This document shows positions 8,889 to 18,003 of a stretch of DNA of 64,000 nucleotides, piece after piece; within the stretch, counting starts at the first letter, position 1, and the number at the start of each line of letters is the position of its first letter. The notes under the pieces were generated by a model. It made no database searches. It saw nothing but the letters and a program-made list of their open reading frames with translations, and was not told where the DNA came from. Location of the stretch: assembly GCA_007375675.1 (NCBI GenBank), contig VMEU01000001.1, forward strand, positions 40,458 through 104,457. Reading direction: 5' to 3'. A program made the translations under genes and the position numbers. This DNA comes from Parcubacteria group bacterium Greene0416_39. Lineage in GTDB: Bacteria; Patescibacteriota; Minisyncoccia; Minisyncoccales; UBA10102.

Positions 8889-9788
8889 GTGACCATTAAT
8901 CTTAGACGAAAGAAATTGCGAAGAGGGTTTGGTCTTATTGAACTTTTGGTTACGATTGGGATTGTTGCGATTCTCGGCGCGATTGCTCTTCCTGTATCCC
9001 ACTATCTTGAGGAAGATGCGGCTCTGGGCAACACGGCAAAAGAAATTGCGGGAACTTTGCAACTTGCCCAAAGCAAGACCTTAGCTTCAGAGGGTGCAGA
9101 TTCCTACGGCGTGTTCTTTGACACAAATGCGAGCACCTACACTTTTTTCAAGGGAGCAAACTTTAGCCAGAGGGACACAGCTAGCGATGTAGTTTCCATT
9201 CTTCCCAAATCTATTGAGTTTTCCAGTGTTACGTTTCCCGCGGGGGAGGTGGTGTTTACAAAGATCACCGGATTTCCAAATTCTGCGGGAAGCCTTGGCC
9301 TTGGAGTAAAACAACGCCCTCAAAAAACCCAGAGCGTATTCCTTGGAAGTTCAGGAGAGATTAATACGTTAGTTTCTTCTATCCCCTCAGATCTTGCAAG
9401 GGTGAAAGATTCAAGGCACATGCACATTGCGTACGCAGGGAGAACCATTGCCACTGTGAGCGAAACCCTAAAGATTACCTTTCCAAACCAAGGAAGTCCT
9501 GTCTTCCAGAGTATCGTGATTGCAAATAACTTGGTACAGGGTCAGATTTTTTGGGAGGGAAGCGTGAACGTTGGAGTACAGGCCCAAAAACTCAAGATAC
9601 ATACTCATTTCTTAAATGACCCTGTTAACAACACGCTCTTTTCTATTCACCGAGACAAAAGGTTTAATACCAAAGGGTTTTTCCTTGAGCTTTCAGGCGA
9701 TAGCTCAGGCAACGTCATTACCTATGATGATCAAGGTCAAACAACCAAAGGAACTTCTATCTATGTTTCTTCACCTGAGTTACAGTAA
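8889..9788 (+). CDS. Type IV pilin-like / pseudopilin (prepilin-type N-terminal cleavage/methylation domain)
   Basis: MTINLRRKKLRRG|FGLIELLVTIGIVAILGAIALP is the class III signal. Confidence 0.75.
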   Translation: MTINLRRKKLRRGFGLIELLVTIGIVAILGAIALPVSHYLEEDAALGNTAKEIAGTLQLAQSKTLASEGADSYGVFFDTNASTYTFFKGANFSQRDTASDVVSILPKSIEFSSVTFPAGEVVFTKITGFPNSAGSLGLGVKQRPQKTQSVFLGSSGEINTLVSSIPSDLARVKDSRHMHIAYAGRTIATVSETLKITFPNQGSPVFQSIVIANNLVQGQIFWEGSVNVGVQAQKLKIHTHFLNDPVNNTLFSIHRDKRFNTKGFFLELSGDSSGNVITYDDQGQTTKGTSIYVSSPELQ

Positions 9789-10281
9789 AGGTTTCAGCGT
9801 AATCGAGATTCTCATCGCGATATTCGTCATCGTGGTGGCTTTGGGGAGCATTTTAAACGTGGCAGTTGTTTCGCTCAAGTCGTCTTTTAATGCCAGAACA
9901 GCACTTGAAGCCTCATCATACGCGCAAGAAGCCTTAGAAGCAGTAAGAAATTTCAGAGACGGAGTTGCCTGGAATGTAGACGACCCTGCAAACGAGTACG
10001 ACGGCCTTGGCGTTCTTGCAAAGGGAGTTGCATATCGCACAGCGCTTTCCTTAGGTAATCCTCCAAGATGGCGGCTTTTGCAGGGGCAAGAGACTTTGGG
10101 CGTTTTCACAAGAAGCATTGTGTTTGAACAAGGGCAGAGAGATAACCAGAACAATATTGTAGCTTCAGGAGGAAGCGCAGACCTTGATATGGTGAAAGTG
10201 ACTGTCACTGTTTCGTGGCTAGAGCAAGGAACAACAAGGCAGTCGCAGCTTATCACGTATTTTACGAATTGGGGGCCATGA
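9763..10281 (+). CDS. Type IV minor pilin-like protein
   Basis: Start at MFLHLSYSKG|FSVIEILIAIFVIVVALG; overlaps the upstream pilin gene by 26 nt in another frame. Confidence 0.65.
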   Translation: MFLHLSYSKGFSVIEILIAIFVIVVALGSILNVAVVSLKSSFNARTALEASSYAQEALEAVRNFRDGVAWNVDDPANEYDGLGVLAKGVAYRTALSLGNPPRWRLLQGQETLGVFTRSIVFEQGQRDNQNNIVASGGSADLDMVKVTVTVSWLEQGTTRQSQLITYFTNWGP

Positions 10282-10306
10282 ACCCCGCACCATTTTTCAT
10301 ATACTT

Positions 10307-10873
10307 ATGAGATTCTTTCAAACATACCACAAAAAATGGTGCGGGGTGAAAAAAGGCTTTACACTCATTGAGCTTATAGTCTACGTGGCAGTACTAGGCA
10401 TGGTGCTTGCTTCCTTACTCACGTTTTTGCTTTGGGCCGTGAAGTCTCAGACCAAGGCAAATGCAATGCGCCAGGTTCTTGCAGCAGGCCAGAGAGTCCT
10501 GGAAGTGATTTCCCGTGAAGCCGCGGGGGCGACAAGCGTCTACACTCCAACGAGCGTGTTTGGCGTATCACCTGGCCAGGTTTCGCTCCAAACCGGATCA
10601 TACGTTCCTGCGGGAGAAACATCCTCCTTTATTGATTTTTATAAATGCGCAGATACGCTGTGCATGAAAAGAGAATCTCAAAATCCCTTGGCAATTACGT
10701 CAGATAAAGTTTCCGTGACAAGTCTTATCTTTTCCCATGTGGTTACGGGGCAGAATCGTTCTTCTTTGCAGATAACAATAACCCTTGCGGCTAAGACTTC
10801 TTCTCCAAATGCTGAATATCAAGCGTCCATCACCCTAACAGATGCCGTAACTTTGAGATCGTATGCCCAGTAG
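10307..10873 (+). CDS. Type IV minor pilin-like protein (PilW-like)
   Basis: KKGFTLIELIVYVAVLGMVLASLL prepilin signal. Confidence 0.7.
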   Translation: MRFFQTYHKKWCGVKKGFTLIELIVYVAVLGMVLASLLTFLLWAVKSQTKANAMRQVLAAGQRVLEVISREAAGATSVYTPTSVFGVSPGQVSLQTGSYVPAGETSSFIDFYKCADTLCMKRESQNPLAITSDKVSVTSLIFSHVVTGQNRSSLQITITLAAKTSSPNAEYQASITLTDAVTLRSYAQ

Positions 10874-12101
10874 AAATAGACAACAAGGATTTTCTGCAAT
10901 CTATGTGAGTGTTTTGGTCGTATTCCTGACCTTGTCTATCGGCGCGAATATTTTTCTCTTAGCTTCAACATCCCAGAAAACCGTCGTAAACGAGCGGCTT
11001 TCCCTTCAGTCTTTGTACGCTGCAGAGTCAGGAGTTGAGGATGCCTTGTTACGCCTTAAGAAAGGAATAAGCTGGACCAATCCTTTATCTGTCCTTGTTG
11101 GGAATGCGCAAGCTCAGACAACAATTTCCAATCTCGTCGGGGGAGCAAGAACAGTTCTCGCCACAGGTAACTTGGCAAGCAGGACAAGGAGGGTTCAGGC
11201 AGTGTACGCAATTGACAGCTCCGTGCCCTCATTCTTTTACGGAGCCCAGGTGGGGACAGGAGGTGTCGTAATGGACAACTTGAGCAAGATCACAGGGAAT
11301 GTGTTTTCCAACGGAAACATCCAAGGATCGTCTGGCACCACGATTACAGGCACTGCAATAGTTGCAGGCCAAGCCAACACCATAACGAATGCTTCCATTA
11401 CGCAGGATGCCTATGTTCAGTCGTGCGTGAATTCTTCAGTGGGAGGAATCTTGCATGCCGCAGCGCAGTCAGGGTGTACCTTTGCTTCACTTACTGCTTT
11501 AGGGATTCCGGTCTCGTCTGCTCCTCTTCCCATTAGCCAGGCAGAAATTGATGAATGGAAGCAAGATGCCTTGGCAGGAGGCGTGATATCTGGAAACTAT
11601 GAATTGTCAGGAACCGAGAGCGCAACGCTTGGTCCTAAAAAGATTCAAGGCAGTCTTACTGTCCAGAATTTTGCCCAGCTAACTCTCGCTGGAACTTTGT
11701 GGGTGACAGGGAGTATAGAGGTGAAAAATTCTGCTCAGGTTCGCCTCGGCACTTCCTATGGAACTTTGAGCGGGGTTATCGTGAGCGACGGGAATATCAC
11801 GCTCCAAAACAACAGTATTTCTTCTGGTTCAGGCCAGCAAGGAAGCTACCTTATGTACCTTTCCACGTCACCGAGCGAAGAAGCAATAAGGGTCAAGAAT
11901 AATACGATTGCGGATATCCTCTACACGAGCCAAGGAGGCATAGATATAGAAAACAATATCCAGACTCGAGAGGTAACAGGGCACAGCCTTCATATACAGA
12001 ACAACTCCACGATTACCTATGAAACAGGCCTTCAGAACGCCGCATTTGTTTCAGGCCCAGGAGCAGGATGGAATGTGAAAAGTTGGAAAGAAGTTGAATA
12101 G
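10863..12101 (+). CDS. PilX-like pilus tip/minor pilin protein
   Basis: N-terminal QQGFSAIYVSVLVVFLTL helix, then a Gly/Thr/Ser-rich beta-rich domain; sits in the pilus cluster. Confidence 0.55.
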   Translation: MPSRNRQQGFSAIYVSVLVVFLTLSIGANIFLLASTSQKTVVNERLSLQSLYAAESGVEDALLRLKKGISWTNPLSVLVGNAQAQTTISNLVGGARTVLATGNLASRTRRVQAVYAIDSSVPSFFYGAQVGTGGVVMDNLSKITGNVFSNGNIQGSSGTTITGTAIVAGQANTITNASITQDAYVQSCVNSSVGGILHAAAQSGCTFASLTALGIPVSSAPLPISQAEIDEWKQDALAGGVISGNYELSGTESATLGPKKIQGSLTVQNFAQLTLAGTLWVTGSIEVKNSAQVRLGTSYGTLSGVIVSDGNITLQNNSISSGSGQQGSYLMYLSTSPSEEAIRVKNNTIADILYTSQGGIDIENNIQTREVTGHSLHIQNNSTITYETGLQNAAFVSGPGAGWNVKSWKEVE

Positions 12102-12108
12102 GAGATAC

Positions 12109-12177
12109 ACCCCGTAGTGAAACTTTGACTTGCTTTCGCAAACGAAGTTTGGTCAAAGTTCTACTACAGGGTACAAT
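12109..12177 (+). promoter_or_regulatory. Conserved inverted-repeat leader element (copy 1) upstream of pilM
   Basis: CCCCGTAGTGAAACTTTG ... CAAAGTTCTACTACAGGG forms a ~16-bp outer stem. Near-identical outer arms occur at 54645-54712; a half copy at 35221-35240. Confidence 0.5.
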
Positions 12178-12183
12178 AGAAGT

Positions 12184-13287
12184 ATGCTTGAATTTTTAAC
12201 ACTGCATCCCAACGCCTTTGGACTGGATATTTCTGACATGTCTTTGAAGTTTGTGTACCTCAAAAAAAGCGCACGGGGGGTTCACGTTGCTTCATTTGGC
12301 GAGTTTCCTATCCCAGAAGGTTTTATTGCGCAGGGAGAAATAAAAAAAGAAGAGGAACTTGCGGCTCTTATTAAAAAATCCCTGAGGACTCCTCAAGGAG
12401 AGAAGATTTCAACGAAACACGTGGTTGCTTCTCTTCCTGAAGAGCAGGCGTTCTTGCAGGTGATTCAGCTTCCTAAGATGGGTGTCAAAGAGTTGCAGGG
12501 AGCGGCTTCCTTTGAGGCGGAAAACTACATTCCCTACCCTCTGGAGACTGTGTACGTAGATTCTGAGTTTGTTGAGCCTGTCAAAGATCACTTAGATCAT
12601 GCCGACGTTCTTTTGGCGTCTCTTCCAAAAACAATCGTTGATTCGTATGTCAAAGTTTTTGAAAAGGCAGGGCTTCTTGTGCAAGCGCTGGAAATAGAAT
12701 CGCTCGCAGTGGCCAGAGCCCTGGTTCCGCAAGGGGTTTCCCTTGCGCCGCTGCTTCTTGTGGATTTTGGGGCAACGAGAACGAGCGTTCTCGTGTTTGT
12801 AGGGCATAGCATGAGGTTTACCGCGTCCATTCCTGTTGCTTCCCATCAGTTTACCGCCGCTATTTCTAAAGCCTTGGGCGTGAATTTTGCAAAAGCAGAA
12901 GAGTTAAAAAAAGCGTATGGCCTTAAACAAAGAGGAAAATCAGAAGGAGGCAAGGTGTTTGAATCCTTAGTGCCTTCGTTGGTTGACTTAGTGGAACAGG
13001 TGAAAAAATATATGGAATACTACGCGTCGCACGCAACTCATCAGCACCTGCTTAAAGAGGAGCGGACGATTCAGAAAGTACTCCTTACAGGAGGAGGGGC
13101 AAACCTTCCAGGCCTTCTTGAGTTTCTAGAGAGTGAATTAAACACAAAGGCGAGTATTGGAGACGCTTGGGTAAATATAGCGTCAAAGCCGTTCGGAAAA
13201 CTTCCTTCTCTCCCATTTGAGGAATCTCTCAGATACGCTACCGCCTTGGGGCTGGCGTTACGAGGGTTAGACAGTACCCATGATTAA
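12184..13287 (+). CDS. pilM: Type IV pilus assembly protein PilM (actin-like ATPase fold)
   Basis: FGLDISDMSLKFVYLKK...; typical PilM sequence and length; followed by pilN and pilO. Confidence 0.8.
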   Translation: MLEFLTLHPNAFGLDISDMSLKFVYLKKSARGVHVASFGEFPIPEGFIAQGEIKKEEELAALIKKSLRTPQGEKISTKHVVASLPEEQAFLQVIQLPKMGVKELQGAASFEAENYIPYPLETVYVDSEFVEPVKDHLDHADVLLASLPKTIVDSYVKVFEKAGLLVQALEIESLAVARALVPQGVSLAPLLLVDFGATRTSVLVFVGHSMRFTASIPVASHQFTAAISKALGVNFAKAEELKKAYGLKQRGKSEGGKVFESLVPSLVDLVEQVKKYMEYYASHATHQHLLKEERTIQKVLLTGGGANLPGLLEFLESELNTKASIGDAWVNIASKPFGKLPSLPFEESLRYATALGLALRGLDSTHD

Positions 13288-13801
13288 TCTTCTTCCTGCT
13301 TCGTACAAGAACCGTTTGCGTTTAGAAGAGAACTTCCGCCTTCTTCTTATTCTCTCCACCGCTTTGGGAGTTTTTTTAGTGTGTCTGGTCCTGCTCTTTT
13401 TTACGGTCCGAGTGTACCTTTGGGGCGAGATCCGGGGGCAAGAGTTTCTCGTAGCTTCCCTCAAAGAACAATCCTCGGCAAGGTCAGAGGAGCTCAAGAA
13501 CATTCAGGAGCTTAATGCGGAACTTCTTGCAATTTCAGGCCTCTATGAAAAACGGCTTTCTCCAACGAGCATACTGGAGGGTATTTCTTCTCATCTTAAA
13601 CAAGGCATGTACGTGAGTTCTCTGAATATAGCTGCACGAGGAAAGATTACTGTAACCGGATTCGCAAATGTAAGAGAGGATCTGTTTGAGTTCAGGGGAG
13701 ACCTCCAGAAAGACCCGCTGTTCAAAAATGCTTACTTCCCTCCTTCAAACTGGGTAAAGCCCGCGGATATCGTATTTTCTTTCAGCGCTGAACTACAATG
13801 A
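13280..13801 (+). CDS. pilN: PilN-like fimbrial assembly protein
   Basis: MINLLPASYKNRLRLEEN + single TM helix; position after pilM. Confidence 0.7.
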   Translation: MINLLPASYKNRLRLEENFRLLLILSTALGVFLVCLVLLFFTVRVYLWGEIRGQEFLVASLKEQSSARSEELKNIQELNAELLAISGLYEKRLSPTSILEGISSHLKQGMYVSSLNIAARGKITVTGFANVREDLFEFRGDLQKDPLFKNAYFPPSNWVKPADIVFSFSAELQ

Positions 13802-14322
13802 CCCCCAAACGAAAAATTTTCATCACGATTCTCTGTCTCCTAGGTTCTTTGATTGTTGTTTTGACGTTTGGGATAGCCCCCCTTATACGGGGTATTTCCA
13901 AGGACGCTGGCAAACTTCAAACTCAAAAACAGGAGCTTGAGATTTTTGAGAAGGAAACCCAGGAGATTGAAAACTTCAAAATGTTCTCTCAAGAGAGGAA
14001 AGCAGATGTAGAGGGGCTTCATCGCCTTTTCGTTTCTTCAGAAACGCCCATCCCCTTCATTGAGTTTTTGGAGCAGTATGCAAAGCCATTAGGTATTGAA
14101 CTGACTATTATTCCAGGCGAACCAAAAAAAATTAGAGAAGACTTCTGGCCCTCCCTGGATTTCCTCGTCTCTTCCAAGGCTTCGTATCCTGCAGCTTTTG
14201 CATTCTTGAGAGCAGTGGAAAACGCGCCTTTTGCCCTTGCCGTAGAAAACATCGCCTTTTTAAGTGTTCCTTTGTCTAGTGACGTTGCATTTACCATAAC
14301 TCTCAAGGCATACACGAAATGA
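13798..14322 (+). CDS. pilO: PilO-like pilus assembly protein
   Basis: N-terminal TM, coiled coil, position after pilN. Confidence 0.65.
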   Translation: MTPKRKIFITILCLLGSLIVVLTFGIAPLIRGISKDAGKLQTQKQELEIFEKETQEIENFKMFSQERKADVEGLHRLFVSSETPIPFIEFLEQYAKPLGIELTIIPGEPKKIREDFWPSLDFLVSSKASYPAAFAFLRAVENAPFALAVENIAFLSVPLSSDVAFTITLKAYTK

Positions 14323-14615
14323 GATTACGCATAGGGACATCAAAAGAATACCTAAAAAAAGTTCCCCACACGCTTGGAGAACACGCATTTTTGTTCACCC
14401 TGTTCCTTATTGCCTTGGCGGTAGGGATCAGCGCGCTCGTGTTTTTCTTCTCTGTTCTTTCCAATAAACCGAGAGAGACTGCAACGCAGACAGAGTCAGT
14501 AGAACTTCGCAAAGACGTTTTTGAACATATTCTCAAAGAACGAAGCCTCCAAGACCAGAAGGTACAAGACTCCAAGACCGTGCTTCCCAAAGACATCTTC
14601 CGCCTCAACAGGTAA
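14319..14615 (+). CDS. Small membrane protein at the pilP position (hypothetical)
   Basis: 98 aa, single TM helix; the paralogous position in cluster 2 is 57224-57517. Confidence 0.45.
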   Translation: MRLRIGTSKEYLKKVPHTLGEHAFLFTLFLIALAVGISALVFFFSVLSNKPRETATQTESVELRKDVFEHILKERSLQDQKVQDSKTVLPKDIFRLNR

Positions 14616-14663
14616 CATTGACCAGAGAGGAGATTGGGGGTATAACAATCATGTATCAAAGGT

Positions 14664-14771
14664 AGTTCACCTTCGGTGAACCCTGGGGCATTTCTTAACG
14701 GTTCGCCGTTCCGCTCTAAGCGGAACATGGCTCACCTGAAATGCCCGACAAAACACAAGCAGTTGTGTTTT
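14664..14771 (+). ncRNA. Conserved tRNA-associated structured element, copy B, directly upstream of tRNA-Arg(TCT)
   Basis: GTTCACC-TTCG-GGTGAAC hairpin; GGGCATTT...AAATGCCC stem enclosing GTTCCG-CTCTAAG-CGGAAC; then CAAAACACAAGCAGTTGTGTTTTG hairpin abutting the tRNA. Confidence 0.55.
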
Positions 14772-14843
14772 GTCTCCATAGCTCAATGGATAGAGCGGCT
14801 CTCTTCTAAAGAGCAAATCGAGGTCCGACTCCTCGTGGAGACA
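14772..14843 (+). tRNA. tRNA-Arg(TCT)
   Basis: Acceptor GTCTCCA/TGGAGAC; anticodon stem GCTCT/AGAGC, loop CTTCTAA; T-stem CGAGG/CCTCG. Confidence 0.8.
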
Positions 14844-14854
14844 CAAAAGGATAT

Positions 14855-14928
14855 GGTGGGCGTAGCTTAGCGGCTAAAGCGTCGCTCTGTGGCAGCGAAG
14901 ATCGCGGGTTCGAATCCCGTCGCTCACC
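14855..14928 (+). tRNA. tRNA-His(GTG) with encoded G-1
   Basis: G-1 + acceptor GTGGGCG/CGCTCAC; anticodon stem TCGCT/AGCGA, loop CTGTGGC; T-loop GGTTCGAATCC; discriminator C. Confidence 0.8.
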
Positions 14929-14936
14929 CCAAAATT

Positions 14937-15461
14937 ATGGGTCAAACATTTATCACAATTACAGAAGCTGCGCGGCTTACGGGGCAAAGCGATGCTGCCA
15001 TTATGCGCGTGATCAAAGACTGCCTTCAGCAGCCCGGAGTCAACCCCGAGGAGATTCTTAGAAAAGAGCCGAGAGGCAATGGCTTTCTTTACGTTGTGAA
15101 CAAGGAAGTGTTGCTCAGAGAGCTTGGAGGAACAAAGGAAGAGCAACAGCCTGCTCAAGAAACGAAAGAAGCCCCAGAGCTCAAGCAAACCCCTTCGACA
15201 GGTCGTTCAGACTCTGAAGAGTCCTCAGACTCGAAGAGTTCAGGGCAAGCAAGCTCAGGGCAAGCGCTTCTTGAGGCGAAAAATGAAATGATTGCAATGC
15301 TGCAGAAGGTAGTTGATACACAAGGAGGGCAGATTGAGGACTTGTCGGGAAAGGTCGACCAGCTCATTGAGCGCGACCGCGAGACAAACATTCTCCTCAA
15401 AACCCTTCAGGATAAACTTTTTCTTCTTTCCGGCAAAGGCGAGAACAAAAAGCACGCCTAA
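14937..15461 (+). CDS. HTH DNA-binding protein with acidic/coiled-coil C-terminal region (hypothetical)
   Basis: MGQTFITITEAARLTGQSDAAIMRVIKD is helix-turn-helix-like; sits directly 3' of tRNA-His. Confidence 0.5.
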   Translation: MGQTFITITEAARLTGQSDAAIMRVIKDCLQQPGVNPEEILRKEPRGNGFLYVVNKEVLLRELGGTKEEQQPAQETKEAPELKQTPSTGRSDSEESSDSKSSGQASSGQALLEAKNEMIAMLQKVVDTQGGQIEDLSGKVDQLIERDRETNILLKTLQDKLFLLSGKGENKKHA

Positions 15462-15477
15462 GAAAAATTACTTCTCT

Positions 15478-15636
15478 GGATCTTCCAAATCAATTCCCTC
15501 GTCGTCTTCGTCAGAGTTGGATTTTTCTGTTTCAACACTCTCGTCGTCAGATTCTTCTTCAGGTTCCTCTGTTATCTCGTTTTCATCTTCTGGGTTAGCA
15601 AAAGAGTCTATAAGTTTTTCGTATGCCATTGTTGAG
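15478..15636 (-). CDS. Small, highly acidic protein (52 aa), hypothetical
   Basis: Minus-strand ATG...TAA ORF encoding MAYEKLIDSFANPEDENEITEEPEEESDDESVETEKSNSDEDDEGIDLEDPEK; below the ORF-track length cut-off. Confidence 0.3.
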
Positions 15637-15757
15637 AGATAGGTCTTTTAAAACGACCTTTTAAATTACGAAGTTCATTATAGATAGCCAAGAACCCTTG
15701 TCAACCCCGTTGTCCACAGGCTTGCAAAAGACCGAATTTTTTGCTACATTTACAAGG

Positions 15758-15867
15758 TATCCGCCTTCGGCGGACCCAGGGAAACCTTCGTTATGCCGTC
15801 CCTCGCTAAGCTCGGGACATGGCATATCAAGGTAGGTTTCCCGACAAAAGCAAAGCAGTTTGCTTTT
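15758..15867 (+). ncRNA. Conserved tRNA-associated structured element, copy C, directly upstream of tRNA-Arg(CCT)
   Basis: CCGCC-TTCG-GGCGG hairpin; GGGAAACCT...AGGTTTCCC stem; GTCCC...GGGAC hairpin; CAAAAGCAAAGCAGTTTGCTTTTG hairpin abutting the tRNA. Confidence 0.55.
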
Positions 15868-15939
15868 GTCCCCGTAGCTCAACGGATAGAGTAGCTCACT
15901 CCTAACGAGCAGATACAGGTCCAATTCCTGTCGGGGACA
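15868..15939 (+). tRNA. tRNA-Arg(CCT)
   Basis: Acceptor GTCCCCG/CGGGGAC; anticodon loop CTCCTAA; T-stem ACAGG/CCTGT. Confidence 0.75.
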
Positions 15940-15949
15940 CAAAAAACGA

Positions 15950-16024
15950 GGGCCCATAGCTTAGAGGAAAAGCGTTAGTATGGCATACTAAAGATCGTGG
16001 GTTCGAGTCCCACTGGGTCCACCA
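15950..16024 (+). tRNA. tRNA-Ala(GGC)
   Basis: Acceptor GGGCCCA/TGGGTCC (G-U pair); anticodon stem TTAGT/ACTAA, loop ATGGCAT; T-arm GTGGG-TTCGAGT-CCCAC; CCA encoded. Confidence 0.75.
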
Positions 16025-16026
16025 GA

Positions 16027-16112
16027 GGAGGGTTGGCAGAACGGCTATTGCGTCCGCCCCGAAAGCGGATGGGAGCAATCCCTTGCAGGTTCAAATCCTG
16101 CACCCTCCGCCA
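16027..16112 (+). tRNA. tRNA-Ser(CGA), class II with long variable arm
   Basis: Acceptor GGAGGGT/ACCCTCC; anticodon stem TCCGC/GCGGA, loop CCCGAAA (C at position 33); variable hairpin GGGAGCAATCCC; CCA encoded. Confidence 0.7.
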
Positions 16113-16161
16113 ATACAGTTGATTTTTGGGGATTTTCGTGATACTCTACTAAAGACAAACT

Positions 16162-16527
16162 ATGTCTTTTTTTAGTACAGAAAAGAAAAAAACAGAAACT
16201 CCAAAAGAAACGCAAAAGCTTGTTGAGGAGCTGGGGAAGAGAGTTCAAGAACTTCAAAACGATTTGGCAGGATACAAAAAGGCAATGAAAAGCGCGGTGA
16301 CGAAAGTGGGAATCGTCAGGTTTAATCCGTTCCACGAAATAGGGTCTGACCAGAGTTTTTCCTTGGCGTGCTTAGACCAGGAGAAGAACGGATTTGTTCT
16401 CACGAGCCACTATCTGAAAGATCATAATCGCGTATACGCAAAGCCCTTGAAAGAAGGCAAGTCGGAGTATTCACTGTCTGAAGAAGAAAAGGAAGCAATA
16501 GCGAAAGCAACGACCAATGACCAATAA
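16162..16527 (+). CDS. DUF4446-like small protein (hypothetical)
   Basis: 121 aa; VGIVRFNPFHEIGSDQSFSLACLDQEKNGFVLTS matches the DUF4446 core as I recall it. Confidence 0.45.
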   Translation: MSFFSTEKKKTETPKETQKLVEELGKRVQELQNDLAGYKKAMKSAVTKVGIVRFNPFHEIGSDQSFSLACLDQEKNGFVLTSHYLKDHNRVYAKPLKEGKSEYSLSEEEKEAIAKATTNDQ

Positions 16528-16543
16528 CCAATAATGGATACCA

Positions 16544-18001
16544 ATGACAAGACCACCCATCGTAGTTGTACTAGGGCATGTCGATCATGGCAAAAGCTCT
16601 CTTTTGGAAGCAATTCGGGAGGATTTTAAGATTACTTCAAAAGAGTCTGGCGGCATCACCCAACACATTGGAGCATACCAGGTTGAGCACCAGGGGAAGC
16701 AGATCATTTTTATTGATACGCCCGGCCACGAAGCGTTTTCTGCAATGAGAAGCAGAGGAGCAAGGGTTGCAGATATTGCAGTTCTTGTTGTTGCTGCAGA
16801 CCAGGGCGTACAGCAACAGACCAGAGAAGCAATCTTAGTAATTCAAGAAGCAGGAATCCCCATGATTGTTGCGCTCAACAAAATAGACAAGCCAGGGGCA
16901 GATGAGGAAAAAGTGAAACGAGAACTTTCTCAGAATAATGTATTTGTGGAATCGTTGGGAGGAAGTGTTCCTTGTGTGAATACATCAGCAACTGCAAAAC
17001 AGGGAATTGGAGAGTTGCTTGAGATGATTCTCCTTGTTGCAGATCTTGCGCAGTTAATCTCTGATCCGCGAAAGTCAGCTCAGGGCATGGTCATTGAAAC
17101 TTCTCTTGACAGCAAACGAGGAAACTCAGCGACTCTTCTTGTAAAAGACGGGACGTTGAGGGCTGGAGACATCGTGGGGACGAGAAGCGCGTGGGGCAAG
17201 GCAAAGATTCTGCAGAACTTTGAGGGAGCATCTGTACAGGAAACTTCTTGTACACCAGTTGTCATGGTGGGCTTTGAAGAACATCCCCACATTGGAGAAG
17301 AGTTTCAGGTATTTGACAGTGAAGATAGCGCCCGGGCGTTTCTTTCCTCTAAGGTAAAAAAAGAAAGTACAGAGGTTTCTTCATTGTCTGGCAGAAACTT
17401 TCTTAACATAGTACTCAAGGCAGACGTGGCAGGATCTCTGGAGGCTTTAGAAGGTATGCTGTCTGTTCTTCCTCAAGAGAAGATTGTTTTGAGAATCGTA
17501 AACTCTGGGGTTGGAGATATTGGGGAAGGAGACGTTCGTCTGGCGCAAGGCACTAATGCAAGGGTTTTGGGATTTCGCACAAAGGTGAATGCGAGCGCGA
17601 AAGAGTTTGCAGAAAGGGAGAGCATCCCCCTAGAAACGTTCGACGTTATTTATGATCTCATTCAACGCGTTCGTGAAGTCATGGAGAAAAGCCAAGAGTC
17701 CCAGCTCATAAGAAAAGACATTGGAAGTTTGAGAGTGTTAGCGGTATTCTTGCGAGAAAAAGACAGGCAGATTATTGGAGGCAGGGTTGTTGACGGAGAA
17801 GTTACCAAAGGCGTTAGCGTGGAAGTAGTGCGCAACGGAGAAATTGCAGGCCAAGGCCGCGCTCTCAATGTTCAAAAGAACAAAAAAGACGTAGACAAAG
17901 CTCTCAAGAGCGAGGAGTGCGGCCTGCTTTTTGTGGGGAGTATCCAGGCAGAGGCGGGAGACATCCTCCAATTTCACATTCTTGCCCCTAATACTATATA
18001 G
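16544..18001 (+). CDS. infB: Translation initiation factor IF-2, short form beginning at the G domain
   Basis: [19 protein letters not shown] (G1), DTPGHEAF (G3), NKID (G4); C-terminal beta-barrel domains; rbfA follows. Confidence 0.9.
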   Translation: MTRPPIVVVLGHVDHGKSSLLEAIREDFKITSKESGGITQHIGAYQVEHQGKQIIFIDTPGHEAFSAMRSRGARVADIAVLVVAADQGVQQQTREAILVIQEAGIPMIVALNKIDKPGADEEKVKRELSQNNVFVESLGGSVPCVNTSATAKQGIGELLEMILLVADLAQLISDPRKSAQGMVIETSLDSKRGNSATLLVKDGTLRAGDIVGTRSAWGKAKILQNFEGASVQETSCTPVVMVGFEEHPHIGEEFQVFDSEDSARAFLSSKVKKESTEVSSLSGRNFLNIVLKADVAGSLEALEGMLSVLPQEKIVLRIVNSGVGDIGEGDVRLAQGTNARVLGFRTKVNASAKEFAERESIPLETFDVIYDLIQRVREVMEKSQESQLIRKDIGSLRVLAVFLREKDRQIIGGRVVDGEVTKGVSVEVVRNGEIAGQGRALNVQKNKKDVDKALKSEECGLLFVGSIQAEAGDILQFHILAPNTI

Positions 18002-18003
18002 CA

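Noticed and set aside
14700-14725. Anticodon-like hairpin GTTCCG-CUCUAAG-CGGAAC (would read as a CUA amber-suppressor anticodon) inside element copy B
   Set aside because: The surrounding sequence lacks D- and T-arms. The equivalent loops in copies A and C differ (GCUACGC, UCGCUAAGCUC), so it is a structural hairpin of the repeat, not a suppressor tRNA.
14889-14936. 5' extension of the HTH-protein ORF (MAAKIAGSNPVAHPKI...)
   Set aside because: These codons are the 3' half of tRNA-His; the gene start was moved to MGQTF at 14937.
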